Positions 61,865 to 64,000 of a stretch of 64,000 nt of DNA are shown here, piece by piece. The DNA lies in the NCBI RefSeq assembly GCF_046119375.1, contig NW_027362761.1, forward strand, positions 350,300,001 through 350,364,000. The letters run 5' to 3'. The notes under the pieces were generated by a model. The model saw nothing but the letters and a program-made list of their open reading frames with translations, did not search any database and was not told the origin of the DNA. How positions within the stretch are numbered: position 1 is the stretch's first letter; every line of letters starts with the position of its first letter. This DNA comes from Phyllobates terribilis (Eukaryota). A program made the position numbers and the translations under genes.

Positions 61865-63958
61865 TTTATAATATAATCGTACAAGCGTCCCTCTGTCTGA
61901 AGCCTTTTTAGACTGCGCAAGCGTGACACGCCTGCGCAGTCTGGCTCCAAACAGAAGAACGCATGGAGCCGTTACAGGTAAGAGGAGTGTGTATGGCGCC
62001 GGAGATCACAGTATGCGTATGCACTGAACGCATACCGCGATCTCCGGCGCCATACTTACATACTTACCTGACCGGGAAGAGCGTTGCTGCGGCGCCTCTC
62101 TTCTTGCCGGAGACCGGGGCAGGAGTGAAGGCTTCGGAATCGGCGCATGCGCATAGAGCTATCCGGCGCCATTTTACTGAAGAAACATTTGCAGTGTGTC
62201 TTCAGCAAAATGGCGCCGGACAGCGCGGTATGGGCGCCACACTTCGCCTCCAGCAGAACAGGACACAGCAGCGCTGGAGCACAAGGACGAAAGGTGAGTA
62301 TAAGTGTTTTGTTTTTTTTGTGTGTGCAGCATGAAAGGGGTGAGGGGGCCACACATACCAGGATTGGGGTATAAGTGGGCCACACGTACCAGGATTGGGG
62401 GATGAGGGGGCCACACATACCAGGATTGGGGGATGAGGGGGCCACGCATACCAGGATTGGGGGATGAGGGGGCCACGCATACCAGGATTGGGGGATGAGG
62501 GGGCCACGCATACCAGGATTGGGGGATGAGGGGGCCACGCATACCAGGATTGGGGGATGAGGGGACCACGCATACCAGGATTGGGGGATGAGGGGGCCAT
62601 GCATACCAGGATTGAGGGGTTCCATGCATACCAGGATTGGGGGATGAGGGGTACCATGCATACCAGCATTGGAGATGAGGGGTGTCATGCATACCAGCAT
62701 TGGGGATGAGGGGTACCATGCATACCAGGATTGGGATGAGGGGTGCCATGTATATCAAATTTGGGATGAGGGGGCCCTGCATACCAGGATGAGAGATGGG
62801 GTGCCATGCATACCAGGATAGGAATGCGGGGTACCATGCATACCAGGATGAGGGATGGTGTGCCATGCATACCAGAATGAGGGGTACCATGCATACCAGG
62901 ATGAGGGATGGTGTGCCATGCATACCAGAATGAGGGGTACCATACATACCAGGATAGGGATGCGGGGTACCATGCATACCAGGATGAGGGATGGGTGCCA
63001 TGCATACCAGGATGAGGGGTACCATACATACCAGGATTGGTGATGAGGAAGCCATGCATACCAGGATGAGGGACTGGGTACCATACATACCAGGATTGTG
63101 GGATGAGGGGTGCCATAGATACCAGGATTGGGAATGAGGGGTGCCATGCATACCAGGATTGGGAATGAGGGGTGCCATGCATGTCAGGATTGGGGATGAG
63201 GGGTGCCATGCATGCCAGGATTGGGGATGAGGGGTGCCATGCATGCCAGGATTGGGGATGAGGGGTGCCATGCATGCCAGGATTGGGGATGAGGGGTGCC
63301 ATGCATGCCAGGATTGGGGATGAGGGGTGCCATGCATACCAGGATTGGGGATGAGGGTTGACATGCATACTAGGATTGGGGATGAGGGTTGCCATGCATA
63401 CCAGGATTGGGGATGAGGGGTGCCATGCATACCAGGATTGGGGATGAGGGGTGCCATGCATACCAGGATTGGGGATGAGGGGTGCCATGCATACCAGGAT
63501 TGGGGATGAGGGAGCCATGCATACCAGGATGAGGGGAGCCATGCATACCAGGATTGGTGGTGAGGGGTGCCATGCATATCAGGATTGGGGGTGAGGGGTG
63601 CCATGCATGCCAGGATTTGGGGGTGAGGGGTGCCATGCATACCAGGACTGGGGGTGAGGGGTGCCATGCATACCAGGATTGGGGGTGAGGGGTGCCATGC
63701 ATACCAGAATTAGTGGTGAGGGGTGCCATGCATGCCAGGATTGAGGGTGAGGGGTGCCATGCATACCAGGATAGGGATGAGGCGTGACATGCATACCAGG
63801 ATAGGGATGAGGGCAGCACATAACAGGATGGGGGAACAAGATTGGGGAGCACAAATACCAGGATGGGGGCTGCACAAATACAAGTATGGGGGCAGCACAT
63901 ACCAGCATGGGAGACCATAATGCTCGCCACCCGGGCGTAGAACGGGCTCAATAGCTAG
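61865..63958 (+). mobile_element. Non-autonomous Helitron-like element with internal minisatellite
   Basis: 3' end has a short CCCG-N9-CGGG hairpin (63930-63946) then CTAG followed by T; 5' end TTTATAATATAATCG (TC-like start degenerate); no TIRs or TSD. Confidence 0.65.
62335..63830. repeat. ~30-bp minisatellite GGGGATGAGGGGTGCCATGCATACCAGGATT
   Basis: About 50 tandem units read directly; unit drift from GGGGCCACGCATAC to GGTGCCATGCATAC. Confidence 0.95.
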
Positions 63959-64000
63959 TATATATATGTATATACATATCGTTCTCCTTTTTGTTAGATT

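Noticed and set aside
61963-62334. ATGGAGCCGTTACAG/gtaaga as the first exon of dhx37
   Set aside because: MEPLQ does not resemble the DHX37 N-terminus as I recall it (MGKLRRR...), and it lies inside the Helitron-like element.
62056-63951. His/Pro/Trp-rich ORFs
   Set aside because: They are translations of the 30-bp Helitron minisatellite.

Overview
Repeat-rich eukaryotic DNA, most likely frog (anuran); the taxon is inferred from the TE landscape of T2/Kolobok-type MITEs, DIRS1, Tc1 and piggyBac-type elements. One host gene is complete: bri3bp on the minus strand, with 3 coding exons (50042-49851, 37422-37320, 35251-34821), canonical GT-AG junctions, 241 aa and a 9-Asn tract. A CCAAT/GC-box cluster at about 10.1-10.5 kb looks like a second promoter, possibly of the syntenic neighbour aacs, but I found no aacs coding exons. 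The rest is mostly transposon-derived and often nested: a solo LTR with 4-bp TSD, two minisatellite-filled hAT elements with 8-bp TSDs, several Tc1 elements (one a DD35E IR/DR element inserted into a minisatellite TA), a 5'-truncated chromodomain Gypsy, an intronic DIRS1 whose tyrosine recombinase is split by a piggyBac MITE, a 3-kb piggyBac-type element, and a Helitron-like element. A roughly 10.8-kb G-rich 30-bp minisatellite with higher-order duplications begins about 140 bp upstream of the bri3bp ATG; it explains all the giant ORFs, which I reject as genes. I see no clearly new biological system. The best leads are the promoter-abutting VNTR, the DD35E long-TIR Tc1, and tRNA-like A/B boxes in front of a Tc1 transposase.
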